From an uncultured Candidatus Saccharibacteria bacterium (GTDB lineage: Bacteria; Patescibacteriota; Andersenbacteria; UBA10190; CAIZMI01): DNA of 30,868 nucleotides. Where the stretch lies: NCBI GenBank assembly GCA_964372305.1, contig CAYJQK010000003.1:1-30868 (forward strand), given 5' to 3'. The position numbers and the translations under genes are program-made. Below the pieces are notes generated by a model that saw only the letters and a list, made by a program, of their open reading frames with translations, had not been told where the DNA came from and did no database searches. Numbering within the stretch: position 1 is the first letter of the stretch; each line of letters starts with the position of its first letter. Positions 1-9,235 of the stretch are shown in pieces.

Positions 1-111
1 ATTGGTTTTTAGCTGACGGGGATTGTAGCACAATCTTGACCTGTGGGCGATTACCTCCAGAGTGAAACTCCTCACGGACGGGAACGATGCTCTTCCCCTG
101 GCCTCTCTATG

Positions 112-410
112 TCATTCCAGCCCCTGATTGGAGTCGAGACGGAAAGGGTGAAACTCCCACCGGATGACGAGTCGCCGGAAGGCAACAAGCCACGCAAACA
201 CCCGTTCGACCTTCCCGCGACGACGAATACCGACGCAGGGACTGTCCGTCTTGCGTGCGTGGCCGGACGCGGTTCTCCTGGTGCGGGGCGATCATCGCGA
301 CCCCACGTTTCCGGAGCTCGGTGTCGAGCGGATCGCCGTCATACGACTTGTCCCTGATCATGCGTTCGGGGAGACGATGCGTGAACCGGCACGCGAGGAG
401 CTCGGGAACG
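112..410 (-). pseudogene. IS5-family transposase C-terminal remnant, frameshifted
   Basis: The minus frame reads PERMIRDKSYDGDPLDTELRKRGVAMIAPHQENR..TQDGQSLRRY. After a 1-nt shift at about 226-227 it continues RRRGKVERVFAWLVAFRRLVIRWEFH, matching the IS5 DDE C-terminal pattern (..DKAYD..; RRRWKVERxFAWL). No N-terminus or terminal repeats are seen. Confidence 0.8.
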
Positions 411-599
411 CTCTCGCGGAATGATCGGCCACCGTTCTTCTCGTGTCCACCGTTGAAACCACCGATGACACGTGGGGGGCAAGCGGGTTGAGTGGTCGTC
501 AACATGTACCATTTCGTCATCCCGCTGTAAAGATTTACTACCAGCACCCCTGAGTGGCGCCATAGTATGCACCGTCACCCACGCAACGATGTTCCCTTT

Positions 600-1172
600 T
601 CATTCCTGTTCGTATTTTTTCAGTATACGCTCAATCTTTTCAAGGGGGATGGTATTTTCAGAGTATCCTCGAAGAATCATGAGCCGTTGCGTATCTTTTG
701 CATACATCCTTGTCCGTTCAAACGAGAGAAAATCATTCTCTGCCCAAACCGAAATATGCGCCTCTGATGTGTAGCCATCCACGGTGTTTTGCAAGTAGCG
801 ATGAGGAAATTCAACAATGATCCATCGGCACCGATATATTAAAAAATTCAGTAAATCGACGCCTTCGGATTTCTTCAGGTGCTCGAGGATGTCGCCGATC
901 ATCGTCACGTCAAAACTTGAATCATAATACTTGGGTTGAAGAATATCTGTAACCGAAATGTTCCACACCTGATGGTACATCGAGCGGAGATTGAATTTTT
1001 CTATATAATCTTTTTCAATCTCGACAGCTGTGGTCTCAATGGATGAATCAGTTTGTTTTACCATTGAGCCGTATTTTCCCGCTCCCGCCCCAAGATCAAG
1101 AAAAGTTCTCGGTTTTATACATTGAATAATCTCCGCGATCGCGTTATCAAAAATGTCACTTGAGTAAGGCAT
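600..1172 (-). CDS. Class I SAM-dependent methyltransferase
   Basis: Motif I FLDLGAGAGKYG, acidic post-beta2 AVEIE, and FDVTMIGDILEHL. Visibly AT-richer than the flanking DNA. Confidence 0.85.
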   Translation of the reverse strand: MPYSSDIFDNAIAEIIQCIKPRTFLDLGAGAGKYGSMVKQTDSSIETTAVEIEKDYIEKFNLRSMYHQVWNISVTDILQPKYYDSSFDVTMIGDILEHLKKSEGVDLLNFLIYRCRWIIVEFPHRYLQNTVDGYTSEAHISVWAENDFLSFERTRMYAKDTQRLMILRGYSENTIPLEKIERILKKYEQE

Positions 1173-1383
1173 GACAATGTTCGTGAATATTTCGAATCAC
1201 AATAGCACGTGCGTTTTTGTTGGTTCTTATCGGAGTACTCTTTGAGGTAGATACATTTGGTCATGAGTGTGTTTCGTAACCATCGAGGGCTAACATACCC
1301 CATGGTTATGCGGCAAAAGAACGTTTCAATACGCTGGGTGTTTTGAAATGATCTCTAGGGAGATGTGTGAATATCAGTAGTTC

Positions 1384-1459
1384 TGGTGCACCCAGAGGGA
1401 ATCGAACCCCCAACCGTCGGCTTAAAAGGCCGCTGCTCTGCCAATTGAGCTATGGGTGC
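1384..1459 (-). tRNA. tRNA-Lys (anticodon UUU)
   Basis: 76 nt. Acceptor GCACCCA/TGGGTGC, D-arm AGCTCAATTGGCAGAGC, anticodon loop CTTTTAA, T-loop GGTTCGATTCC, encoded CCA. Confidence 0.97.
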
Positions 1460-1852
1460 AAGGAGAACGAATCTCAAGAATACTTCCCGACCCGCAATCG
1501 CCGCTGTTTGGCTCCGGCGCTGCTTCTTTAAGAACTCGTCGTACACCGCATACGCCTTGTCCCGCGGCGCGGCGCTCGCGGGTACATCGGGGATGTCGCC
1601 AATGAAGCGTTTTTGAGATGCGCTCTATGAATGCACTGTATGCCCTTGACCTTCATCATTCAAGAGGAGTTCGGGGACGACCACGGCGGGCGCGCTTCTC
1701 CATCTTCGGTAGTTCCACCGGCCGCTCATGGATCTCCTGCCCTGGCACAACGGGGAGCGGCCGCATCATGCGCTGGGTCTCAAATCCCCCGTGGAGTTTC
1801 TTGGGGAAAACACTCCGCACGTGTCCAGGAAGTGGTGGCCGGATACAGAATA

Positions 1853-1881
1853 TTGACGAATTTTTGAGAATCTGCTATGGT
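1853..1881 (+). promoter_or_regulatory. sigma70-type promoter for the receiver-like gene
   Basis: TTGACG (1853-1858), 17-nt spacer, TATGGT (1876-1881), preceded by TGc (extended -10). Confidence 0.6.
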
Positions 1882-1947
1882 CCCTGCGTAGGTTTTCTCG
1901 CCTGGTGTTCGTTTTTTACACAATGTGTCGGAGAAAGAGAGGGGACA

Positions 1948-2319
1948 ATGACAAGAAATGTGATTATTGCGGAGCAGACAACTGGTTTACACCAAATGTT
2001 TATTTCAGGATTGCTCGCAAAGGGGATCGCTGTGGTCTGCACGCCTCGTGTTCGCGAGATTCCCGAATTTCTGGAAGAGTATCCGGATGCGGATCTGGTC
2101 GCCTTCTGCAACGGCAGAGACGTCGATGCCGCTGACGTCATCAAGAAAGTTCGCGGAAGTGAGTACAGCGGGATTCTCCTTGCGGCATGTAATGATCCTG
2201 TGCTTCAAGAGAAGCAAATGGCGGCCGGCTGCACGCACCGTCTCTCTGTCGAAGGGGTTGAACCCGCATTGCTCCCGAAGATAGGCCTGACAGAAAGAAT
2301 CACCGACCTCCTGGCCTAA
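1948..2319 (+). CDS. Stand-alone CheY-like (pseudo)receiver domain protein, 123 aa
   Basis: SD-like GAGGGG before ATG 1948. Receiver-like pattern NVIIAE / YPDADLVAFC / ILLAAC / AAGCTHRL. The ORF-track start at 1618 is probably spurious. Confidence 0.55.
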   Translation: MTRNVIIAEQTTGLHQMFISGLLAKGIAVVCTPRVREIPEFLEEYPDADLVAFCNGRDVDAADVIKKVRGSEYSGILLAACNDPVLQEKQMAAGCTHRLSVEGVEPALLPKIGLTERITDLLA

Positions 2320-2324
2320 TGTAC

Positions 2325-2361
2325 GCAGTCGTCTGATATCCAGACGACTGCTTTTCTTTTT
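2325..2361 (+). terminator. Intrinsic terminator
   Basis: Perfect 11-bp stem GCAGTCGTCTG/CAGACGACTGC, 5-nt loop, then TTTTCTTTTT, just after the stop at 2319. Confidence 0.85.
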
Positions 2362-2387
2362 CCGTGCCCCTGCCATACTCGGCAGCA

Positions 2388-3413
2388 ATGGACACGTCCG
2401 TTCTCTTGAAGAGCACAATCGTGTTCTTCGGGACACCGTCGTTCGCGCTTCCGTCGCTTGAAGCGTTGTCGGCAGCGGGGATGCCCGTTACCGCCGTGGT
2501 GACACAGCCGGACTCGCCCGCTGGTCGCGGACGCGTGCGACGCATCTCTCCGGTGAAGCAATGGGCAACCGCGCGCGGTATTCCCGTCTTCCAACCTCCG
2601 GGGTTGCGGCGTCCGGAGGATCGCGTGTTTCTTGAAAACCTCGCTCCGGATCTCTTCGTCGTCGTGGCCTACGGAAAAATTCTCCCAAAGGAAGTCCTCG
2701 CGCTGCCGCGGTACGGCGCGCTGAATGTGCATGCTTCGCTTCTGCCGCGCTACCGCGGTCCATCGCCGATCCCTGCCGCGATCCTCGCCGGAGATGCCGA
2801 GACCGGCGTCACGATCATGCTGCTGGATGAAGAAATGGATACGGGACCGATTCTCGCAAAGACGCGCGTGACTATTGGTCCCGACGACACGACGGTATCC
2901 CTTACCCGTACGCTCGCTGATATGGGTGCGTGCCTCCTCGTGCCAACCCTGCGGCAGTGGGTGGCCGGGGACATTGCGCCCCAGCCGCAAGACACCTCGC
3001 AGGCGAGTGTCTGCGCGCTACTCTCAAAGGAGGATGGCCGCATTGCGTGGTCCCACCCCGCAGAAGTCATCGAACGCATGGTTCGCGCCTACGCGCCATG
3101 GCCCACCGCCTGGACGCTCTGGCATCCCGCGCGCGCCGCGCGTCCCTCGCTGCTCACTATTCACCGCGCCACGGTTTGGCAGCCACGTTCACCAGCGAAG
3201 AGACCCGGCGTGCCAGGATTAGTCTGGCAGACGGAAGATCGTCAGGTACTCGTTTGTGCGGGTAAGCTCACCACACTGGCGCTTGCTGAAGTTCAGCTTC
3301 AGGATCACCAACGGATGGATATCCAGGCATTTGTACGCGGACATCAGGAATTTCTGGGCACGAAACTTTTATCGTCAATGCCAAAAGAATCTCCTCCGAA
3401 ACCAACGGAATGA
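2388..3413 (+). CDS. fmt: Methionyl-tRNA formyltransferase
   Basis: IVFFGTPSFA, VVTQPD, VVAYGKIL, LNVHASLLPRYRGPSPI, ETGVTIM..MDTG. Confidence 0.97.
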   Translation: MDTSVLLKSTIVFFGTPSFALPSLEALSAAGMPVTAVVTQPDSPAGRGRVRRISPVKQWATARGIPVFQPPGLRRPEDRVFLENLAPDLFVVVAYGKILPKEVLALPRYGALNVHASLLPRYRGPSPIPAAILAGDAETGVTIMLLDEEMDTGPILAKTRVTIGPDDTTVSLTRTLADMGACLLVPTLRQWVAGDIAPQPQDTSQASVCALLSKEDGRIAWSHPAEVIERMVRAYAPWPTAWTLWHPARAARPSLLTIHRATVWQPRSPAKRPGVPGLVWQTEDRQVLVCAGKLTTLALAEVQLQDHQRMDIQAFVRGHQEFLGTKLLSSMPKESPPKPTE

Positions 3414-3478
3414 GACCCACCGCTCGATCATGAGTTCAAGGGTCGAGCGGTGATCCCTCCATGAGATTGCGCTCGGAG

Positions 3479-4054
3479 TCAGGAGTTTGTTTTCTCACCC
3501 TGATACTGCAGCGGCGCTTTCACCTGAACCGGAAGGTATCCGACGAATGACCCGTCAACGAGCAGTCCAACGTCATAATATCCTGCCTCCTTCGGTATGC
3601 GCACGCAACAGTACGACCAGCGTCCAGGATTAATACTGATGCGCTGCCGGTAGCGCATCAGAAACACTGGCTCCTCCCGCGTGGCGCGCGTGAGGAAGCG
3701 GAGATCGATCGCAAACCGCGCATGCACGGAATCCGCTGTTTCGGCGCGAATCCCCACACGTTCATTGGGGAGAAATTTTGCCGCGCGAACAAGCGGCGAC
3801 GACCGCCGCACGCGGGACTGATCACCCGTGCGTCCGAGAAAAAAGAGAGAGAAGAATTGTCCAAAGCCACTCGCCGACTCAACGCCCGGCGACTCTTCGT
3901 TCGCGAATTCATTTGGCGGTGGCTTCGTCAGAAACTCGCGCCAGGCCCAGAGAATCCCCAGCATAAACCCCGTCCCGACAATCAGGCCAATACTCCAGCG
4001 AATCTTTGAGTCACCGAAAAAAGCTCTTCGCGGCTCTCGCTGATCAGAGCGCAT
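3479..4054 (-). CDS. Membrane-anchored hypothetical protein with a beta-rich (possibly Ig-like) C-terminal domain
   Basis: One hydrophobic helix (WSIGLIVGTGFMLGILWAW), an acidic linker, then a beta-strand pattern ending AGYYDVGLLVDGSFVGYLPVQV. Confidence 0.6.
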   Translation of the reverse strand: MRSDQREPRRAFFGDSKIRWSIGLIVGTGFMLGILWAWREFLTKPPPNEFANEESPGVESASGFGQFFSLFFLGRTGDQSRVRRSSPLVRAAKFLPNERVGIRAETADSVHARFAIDLRFLTRATREEPVFLMRYRQRISINPGRWSYCCVRIPKEAGYYDVGLLVDGSFVGYLPVQVKAPLQYQGEKTNS

Positions 4055-4080
4055 GCCTCGCCGCCAAGATCAGCCAGCAA

Positions 4081-4494
4081 TTAGACGCTCTTTCGGCGAC
4101 GGCTCGTCACGGCTCCGACGAGGCCTGGAAGCGGCAAGTGGAATTCGCGAGTAACGATGAAGCTCATGAGGATCCGGATGAAAACCAGTAATCCAATACG
4201 GCCAACAATGGCAAAGCTCGGATCCATGAGGAGACGCACGAGGTCGCTCGCCACAAAGAAGTCCAACCCCAGGGTTATCCGTTGAGCGAACCGCCGCCGT
4301 ACTTCCTCCAGCGCCGGCGTTTGTTGTCCCTTCCACGGTTCCGCTTCAATGTAGAATACGCGCCGCGCCGCTTTCGCTCCGCCCCAAAAGACAAACGCTG
4401 CACCCCACGCACTCAAGAAGAACGCGAGGATACTCGTGAGTGCATCGAGGAACGCTGCTACAAAAATTGTGTCACTGAAGGAATCCATGAACAT
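4081..4494 (-). CDS. DUF1622-family membrane protein
   Basis: VRRRFAQRITLGLDFFVASDLVR..IGLLVFIRILMSF pattern with three hydrophobic segments. Confidence 0.8.
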   Translation of the reverse strand: MFMDSFSDTIFVAAFLDALTSILAFFLSAWGAAFVFWGGAKAARRVFYIEAEPWKGQQTPALEEVRRRFAQRITLGLDFFVASDLVRLLMDPSFAIVGRIGLLVFIRILMSFIVTREFHLPLPGLVGAVTSRRRKSV

Positions 4495-4576
4495 ATGTTT
4501 CTGTTGATAGGGTGAATGTTCTTATCCACAGCATACATGAAGCACGAGGACTTGGCGAGGAAACGCAGACCGTCCC

Positions 4577-5569
4577 TCAAGCCTTTCGCTTCACGACCCG
4601 CAGGATCGCCGCGAGGATTGCCTCTGTATCCATGAGATATTTTGCGAGGAGTTCGTCGGTTTGTCCGGATTCCCCAAACGCGTCATGCATCCCTACAAAC
4701 TCCTGCGGCGCGAGCGGGCCCTCGCCCGTGAGTATTTCCGCAACGGCGCTCCCAAGACCGCCGTGGATCTGGTGTTCTTCTGCCGTGACGATCGCGCCGG
4801 TTTCTCGGGCGGCGCGGGAGATCGCGTGGCGATCAATCGGCTTCACCGTGTGCATGTTCAGTACACGGACGCGAAGGCCTTTCTGCGACAACCGCCGCGC
4901 GGCGTCGAGAGCGTGGTAGACAATCGGACCACAGGCGATCACCGTGACGTCATCGCCGTCAGTCAGGGAGAGCGCCTTCCCCACCGTGAACGGCGTCTTT
5001 GGCGTGGTGAAGACCGGCGTCTTATGCCGCGCAAAGCGCATATAGACAGGCCCAATAATTTTTGCGGCCGCATGGACAGCTTTCCGCGTCTCCTCGGCGT
5101 CGCAGGGCACGAGAACGGTCATGCGCGGAAGGACGCGCGTGAGGGCGATATCCTCGAGCGCTTGGTGTGTCGCGCCATCCGGTCCGACAGAGATCCCCGC
5201 GTGCGCGCCGGAAAGTTTCACGTTGACATTCTGGTAGCAGATGGAAATCCGCACCTGATCCCAATTACGCCCGGGGCAGAAGACGGCATACGTCGCGACA
5301 AACGGAATTTTCCCTTCCAGGGCCAGACCGGCGGCGACCGCGGCCATGTTCTGTTCGGCAACCCCCATCTCAATAAACCGGTCGGGGTACTTCTTCTCAA
5401 ACCACTCCGTGCGCGTGGATTCTTTGAGATCGCCACAGAGGACGACGATCCGCGGGTCTTTCTTCCCTACTTCGACAAGTCCATCGCCGTACCCATCCCG
5501 CGTCGGCCGCAGCGGCTGGTCTTTTTGAAAGAGCGTCTTCGCCAAGCGGGACGTGGCCATGCTATTCAT
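4577..5569 (-). CDS. tktB-like: Transketolase, C-terminal (pyrimidine-binding) subunit
   Basis: RDGYG..LCGDL, FIEMGVAEQNM, GPDGATHQALED, TVKPID, EEHQIHGGLGSAVAE. The start at 5569 (alternative 5560) overlaps the N-subunit stop. Confidence 0.93.
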   Translation of the reverse strand: MNSMATSRLAKTLFQKDQPLRPTRDGYGDGLVEVGKKDPRIVVLCGDLKESTRTEWFEKKYPDRFIEMGVAEQNMAAVAAGLALEGKIPFVATYAVFCPGRNWDQVRISICYQNVNVKLSGAHAGISVGPDGATHQALEDIALTRVLPRMTVLVPCDAEETRKAVHAAAKIIGPVYMRFARHKTPVFTTPKTPFTVGKALSLTDGDDVTVIACGPIVYHALDAARRLSQKGLRVRVLNMHTVKPIDRHAISRAARETGAIVTAEEHQIHGGLGSAVAEILTGEGPLAPQEFVGMHDAFGESGQTDELLAKYLMDTEAILAAILRVVKRKA

Positions 5570-6422
5570 GTTCCCCCACAATCTGCCCCCGGAGCGACCG
5601 TAAGTCCCCGAGCGCCTGGCGGGCTTGCTCGGGATCCGGCGGAGTGCCGTGCCAGTGATAGTCGTACTCCATAAACGCGACGCCCTTCCCCGCGATCGTG
5701 TGTGCAATGATCGCCACGGGCTTCTCATAAATGGCTTTCGCGCGCTCGCACGCGTCAATGATCTCCTCGATGTTGTGCCCATCAATGTCCATCACGTGCC
5801 AGTTGAATGCTTCGTACTTCGCGCGCAACGGCTCCAGGGGCATGACGTGCTCGGTCATCCCGTCAATTTGGATGTTGTTGCGGTCAACAATGAACGTGAG
5901 ATTGTGAAGCTTGTGTTTTCCCGAAAACATGATCGCCTCCCACGTGGAACCTTCTTGGTGCTCCGCGTCACTCAACACCGCATAGACCTGCCATTTCTTC
6001 TTCTCCATGACTCCGGCGTACGCCACACCGGCGGCAATGCCACTTCCCTGCGCCAGCGACGCCGCCGTGTTCTCAATTCCTGGGAGGTAGCCGCGGTCAA
6101 CATGGCCTTGGAGGCGCGAACCGAGCTTCCGCAGCGTTTTCAATTCCCGCACCGGAAAATAGCCCGCACGGGCAAGGGTAGCGTACACCACGGGAGCATT
6201 ATGACCGCAGGACATGATGAGCCGATCGCGATCGGGCCACGAAGGTTGTTGCGGATGATGCCGCAAAACGCGAAAGTAGAGCGCCGTAAAGACGTCTGCG
6301 AGATCCAAAGGACCCGCGGAATGCCCGGACTTCGCCTCGACGAGCATGCGGATAATGTCCTCGCGGATAGTTTCCGCAAGACGCTCGAGTTCACGGAGAG
6401 AATAAAAACGCGGCCGCGGCAT
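5562..6422 (-). CDS. tktA-like: Transketolase, N-terminal (ThDP-binding) subunit
   Basis: SGHSAG, DRDRLIMSCGH, LQGH, SDAEHQEGSTWEA..DRNNIQIDG, HTIAGKG, WHG. Alternative GTG start at 6449. Confidence 0.93.
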   Translation of the reverse strand: MPRPRFYSLRELERLAETIREDIIRMLVEAKSGHSAGPLDLADVFTALYFRVLRHHPQQPSWPDRDRLIMSCGHNAPVVYATLARAGYFPVRELKTLRKLGSRLQGHVDRGYLPGIENTAASLAQGSGIAAGVAYAGVMEKKKWQVYAVLSDAEHQEGSTWEAIMFSGKHKLHNLTFIVDRNNIQIDGMTEHVMPLEPLRAKYEAFNWHVMDIDGHNIEEIIDACERAKAIYEKPVAIIAHTIAGKGVAFMEYDYHWHGTPPDPEQARQALGDLRSLRGQIVGEHE

Positions 6423-6445
6423 GGAACGATGCTGCAGAGAGTGTA

Positions 6446-7117
6446 TCACACGCGAGCTGGCCTCGCCGCGCGTACGGACTCTCGCGCAAGTCGCTGGTAT
6501 TCACGGAGGGCCTCTTGTGGATCCGGGGCGGTGAAGATCGCGGAGCCGAACGATAGCGACGTGGCGCCCGCATCAATGAGCGGGGCAATGAGCGGACCCG
6601 TGACGCCGCCATCAACGCCGATGGGGAGCTGTGGGTACCGTGCATGGATCGTGCGCACCCGCTCAATCGTGTGGGGATCGAAAGCTTGACCACTGGGGCC
6701 GGGCGGGACACTCACGAAAAGGAGAAAATCAATGTCGGGAAGATACGGCGCGATACGGTCAAGCGACGTCTGTGGACGAAGCGCGAGACCGCGCTCAATC
6801 TTTGCCTCCCGTAATCGGCCAAAGAACGTCGGAAGTGATTGCGCAACTTCCACATGACAGGTGATGCGACGTGGGACGAGCGGAATCCAGCGCTCTGCGG
6901 ATGCGGCAATGTCCTCCACCATAAGATGGACGTGGACCCGGCGGCCCGGGAGCACCCGCGCCGTGGTTGCCACGTCGGAAAAATTCATTGGTTTGGCAAA
7001 GATCCCATCAATGACATCAATCTGCACAAGCTCGGCGATGTCTCGGACAAGCCGTAACCGTTCACGGTACTCCTCGCGGGCATACACGTTGATCGTGGGT
7101 TCGATGGTGATCGTCAT
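6446..7117 (-). CDS. rpe: Ribulose-phosphate 3-epimerase
   Basis: QIDVIDG, VHLMV, LFVSVPPGPSGQAF, IGVDGGV, GSAIF. Confidence 0.9.
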   Translation of the reverse strand: MTITIEPTINVYAREEYRERLRLVRDIAELVQIDVIDGIFAKPMNFSDVATTARVLPGRRVHVHLMVEDIAASAERWIPLVPRRITCHVEVAQSLPTFFGRLREAKIERGLALRPQTSLDRIAPYLPDIDFLLFVSVPPGPSGQAFDPHTIERVRTIHARYPQLPIGVDGGVTGPLIAPLIDAGATSLSFGSAIFTAPDPQEALREYQRLARESVRAARPARV

Positions 7118-7121
7118 GCGG

Positions 7122-7583
7122 TTACGTTGGAGAAGTGTGGTGCTCTTCGTAATACCGAATTTTCCTCATGCGCCGATCGTGGCGCTCCGCATGTGAAAAC
7201 GGCGTGTTCAGAAAGATCCGCATGAGTTTGACGGCCTCCGCAGGTTTGATCTCTTCACTGCCAAGAACAAGAATGTTCGCATCATTATGTTCACGCGCGC
7301 GGCGCGCGGCGAAGGTATTTGTCACGAGCGCGGCGGTAATGCCAGGAACCTTATTCGCCGCCACCGCCATGCCGATTCCGGTGTCGCAGACGAGGATCCC
7401 CAGGGATTCTTTGTTGCGCCGAACGTGCTCGGCAACCGCAAAGGCATAGTTCGGGTAATCGTCGCCCCCCTCTGGCGCTGCGGGACTCACATCCTGCAGC
7501 ACATGACCATCCTCAATGAGGGCGACCTTCAATACTTCTTTGAGGCGCGTTCCCGCATGATCAGCGCCGAGATACACCGTCAT
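7122..7583 (-). CDS. rpiB: Ribose-5-phosphate isomerase B (RpiB/LacA/LacB family)
   Basis: MTVYLGADHAG, DYPNYA..VA, ILVCDTGIGMAVAANKVPGI, AREHNDANIL, RHDRR. Confidence 0.93.
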   Translation of the reverse strand: MTVYLGADHAGTRLKEVLKVALIEDGHVLQDVSPAAPEGGDDYPNYAFAVAEHVRRNKESLGILVCDTGIGMAVAANKVPGITAALVTNTFAARRAREHNDANILVLGSEEIKPAEAVKLMRIFLNTPFSHAERHDRRMRKIRYYEEHHTSPT

Positions 7584-7974
7584 GCCAGGAATCGAGAACG
7601 ACGTCCATGGGATACGCGCCACACTCTCCCTCTTCCACAACCCATGGAGAGAGTGTACCAAGTTTTTCGCCATTCGGGCCATCAGGCCGAGTGGGCTTCA
7701 CTTCCCACCATCAATCAAAGGGGGCACGACACCGCGTCCCCCCTCTCCCGTGATCATCCCCCCATCACGGAAGCGTGGCAAGTGCGAAAAGGCGATCGTG
7801 TCCGTGTCACTCGACAGAATATGAAACATTCCCTGCTCGAGACACGGTACTGTTCATGCGTCCACGAGGGGGCGTCAGGACAAAACAGTGTCTGACAGAG
7901 TGAACACCGATCATGTTCTGACGTCGTATTGACAATCCCGTGCTCTCCGCGCACGGTGAGACGAAGAACCTCCT

Positions 7975-8736
7975 GTGATGCGCGACACCCAAAGGATTCG
8001 TCCGGCCGTAATAGTGACGGGCGGCGCAAATGGTATCGGCGAGGCGATTGCCCGTGTTTTTTTGAGCGCGGGCCACCCCGTGGCAATTGTCGATCGCGAC
8101 GAGCGCGGGTGCCGACGAATGTCCCGGTGGGCAATGCAGGAACGTCTCCCGCTCCTTGCGGTGACTCTCGACGTTACCGAGTACGGACAACACCATCGGG
8201 CCGTGCAGCGCATTCGCCGCCACCTCGGTCCTGTTGGCATCCTCGTGAACGCCGCTGGTGTCGGCGCGTCGCGGTCGTTTTCTTCTACAACGCTTGATGA
8301 CTTTTCGAACGTGCAGAGCACGAACGTCCAAGGTCCTTTTTTCTTTACCCAGACTGTCGCGAAAACCATGCGCCGCGGCGGCGGATCCATTCTCTTCCTG
8401 ACCTCTGTCCACCAAGACGTGCCTGTTGGTGACCCCACCTACTCCATGTCCAAGGCGGCGTTGAAGGTCCTCGTAAAGGAGCTTGCGCTCGAGCTTGCGT
8501 CGGCGCGCATACGAGTGAATGGCATTGCCCCGGGGGCAATCCGGAATCGTCCATCGGTTGACCGACGGTTTTCGCGCGTGCCGCTCGGTCGGCGTCGCGG
8601 GACATCGTGGGAGATCGCGAGCGTCGCGTACTTTCTGGCCTCTGACGCCGCGTCCTACATTACAGGAGAACTCATCACGGTTGACGGCGGACTCTCCCTG
8701 GTGAATTGGATTGCCACGGAAGGCATGCAGGCGTAG
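7975..8736 (+). CDS. Classical short-chain dehydrogenase/reductase
   Basis: TGGANGIG, LVNAAG, catalytic YSMSK, RVNGIAPG, ITGELITVDGG. Upstream TTGACA-N17-CACGGT at 7929-7957. Confidence 0.92.
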   Translation: MMRDTQRIRPAVIVTGGANGIGEAIARVFLSAGHPVAIVDRDERGCRRMSRWAMQERLPLLAVTLDVTEYGQHHRAVQRIRRHLGPVGILVNAAGVGASRSFSSTTLDDFSNVQSTNVQGPFFFTQTVAKTMRRGGGSILFLTSVHQDVPVGDPTYSMSKAALKVLVKELALELASARIRVNGIAPGAIRNRPSVDRRFSRVPLGRRRGTSWEIASVAYFLASDAASYITGELITVDGGLSLVNWIATEGMQA

Positions 8737-8809
8737 GCACGGGGATCATGTTCCATGCGGGCGAGCACGAGCGGATGTTTTTGTTGGCAAAAAGACGGTG
8801 TCGGATTGT

Positions 8810-9235
8810 TTAGCGCCAACTCATGAGGATTGCCCCGGCGGTGACGAGAAGCGCGCCCATGCCCGTTTTCCACGTGAGCCCTTCGCCAAGGACGAGGGCG
8901 GCGAGCGCCAGCGCGAAGACCACGCTCAAGCGGTCGAGGGCGACAACGCCAGACACGGGTCCTGTTTTTAGCGCCGTGAAGTAGAAGAGCCAAGACAGGG
9001 CGCCGGCAATGCCCGAGAGCACAATGAACGACAACGACCGCGCGCCGAGCGACGCCAGTCCCTGCGCTTTCCCCAGAGCCAAGGACACGATGATAAGGAA
9101 TCCCGCCATGATCACGGAACGGATCGTTGTGGAAAGTGTCGTGTCGAGATCCCGTAAGCCAATTTTTCCAAAGATGGCGACCGCCGCCGCGAAGATCGCG
9201 GACAGGAGCGCGGCGCCGACCCACGAACCCGTCAT
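8810..9235 (-). CDS. EamA/DMT-family single-domain transporter, 141 aa
   Basis: AALLSAIFAAAVAIFGKIGL..LSTTIRS..LSWLFYFTALKTGPVSGVVALDRLSVV. ATGA overlap with the upstream gene. Confidence 0.9.
   Translation of the reverse strand: MTGSWVGAALLSAIFAAAVAIFGKIGLRDLDTTLSTTIRSVIMAGFLIIVSLALGKAQGLASLGARSLSFIVLSGIAGALSWLFYFTALKTGPVSGVVALDRLSVVFALALAALVLGEGLTWKTGMGALLVTAGAILMSWR

Noticed and set aside
1115-1303. 62-aa AT-rich ORF overlapping the methyltransferase start
   Set aside because: No recognisable motif, and it overlaps a better gene and that gene's likely promoter (TATTGT at 1204-1199). It could be a remnant but is unsupported.
1355-1546. ORF 1355-1546 and ORF 16726-17385
   Set aside because: Both run through tRNA genes and have no protein features.
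4522-4530. Perfect DnaA box TTATCCACA between tktB-like and DUF1622
   Set aside because: It is a single box with no cluster, no AT-rich unwinding element and no dnaA nearby, so it is not an origin. A regulatory role cannot be excluded.
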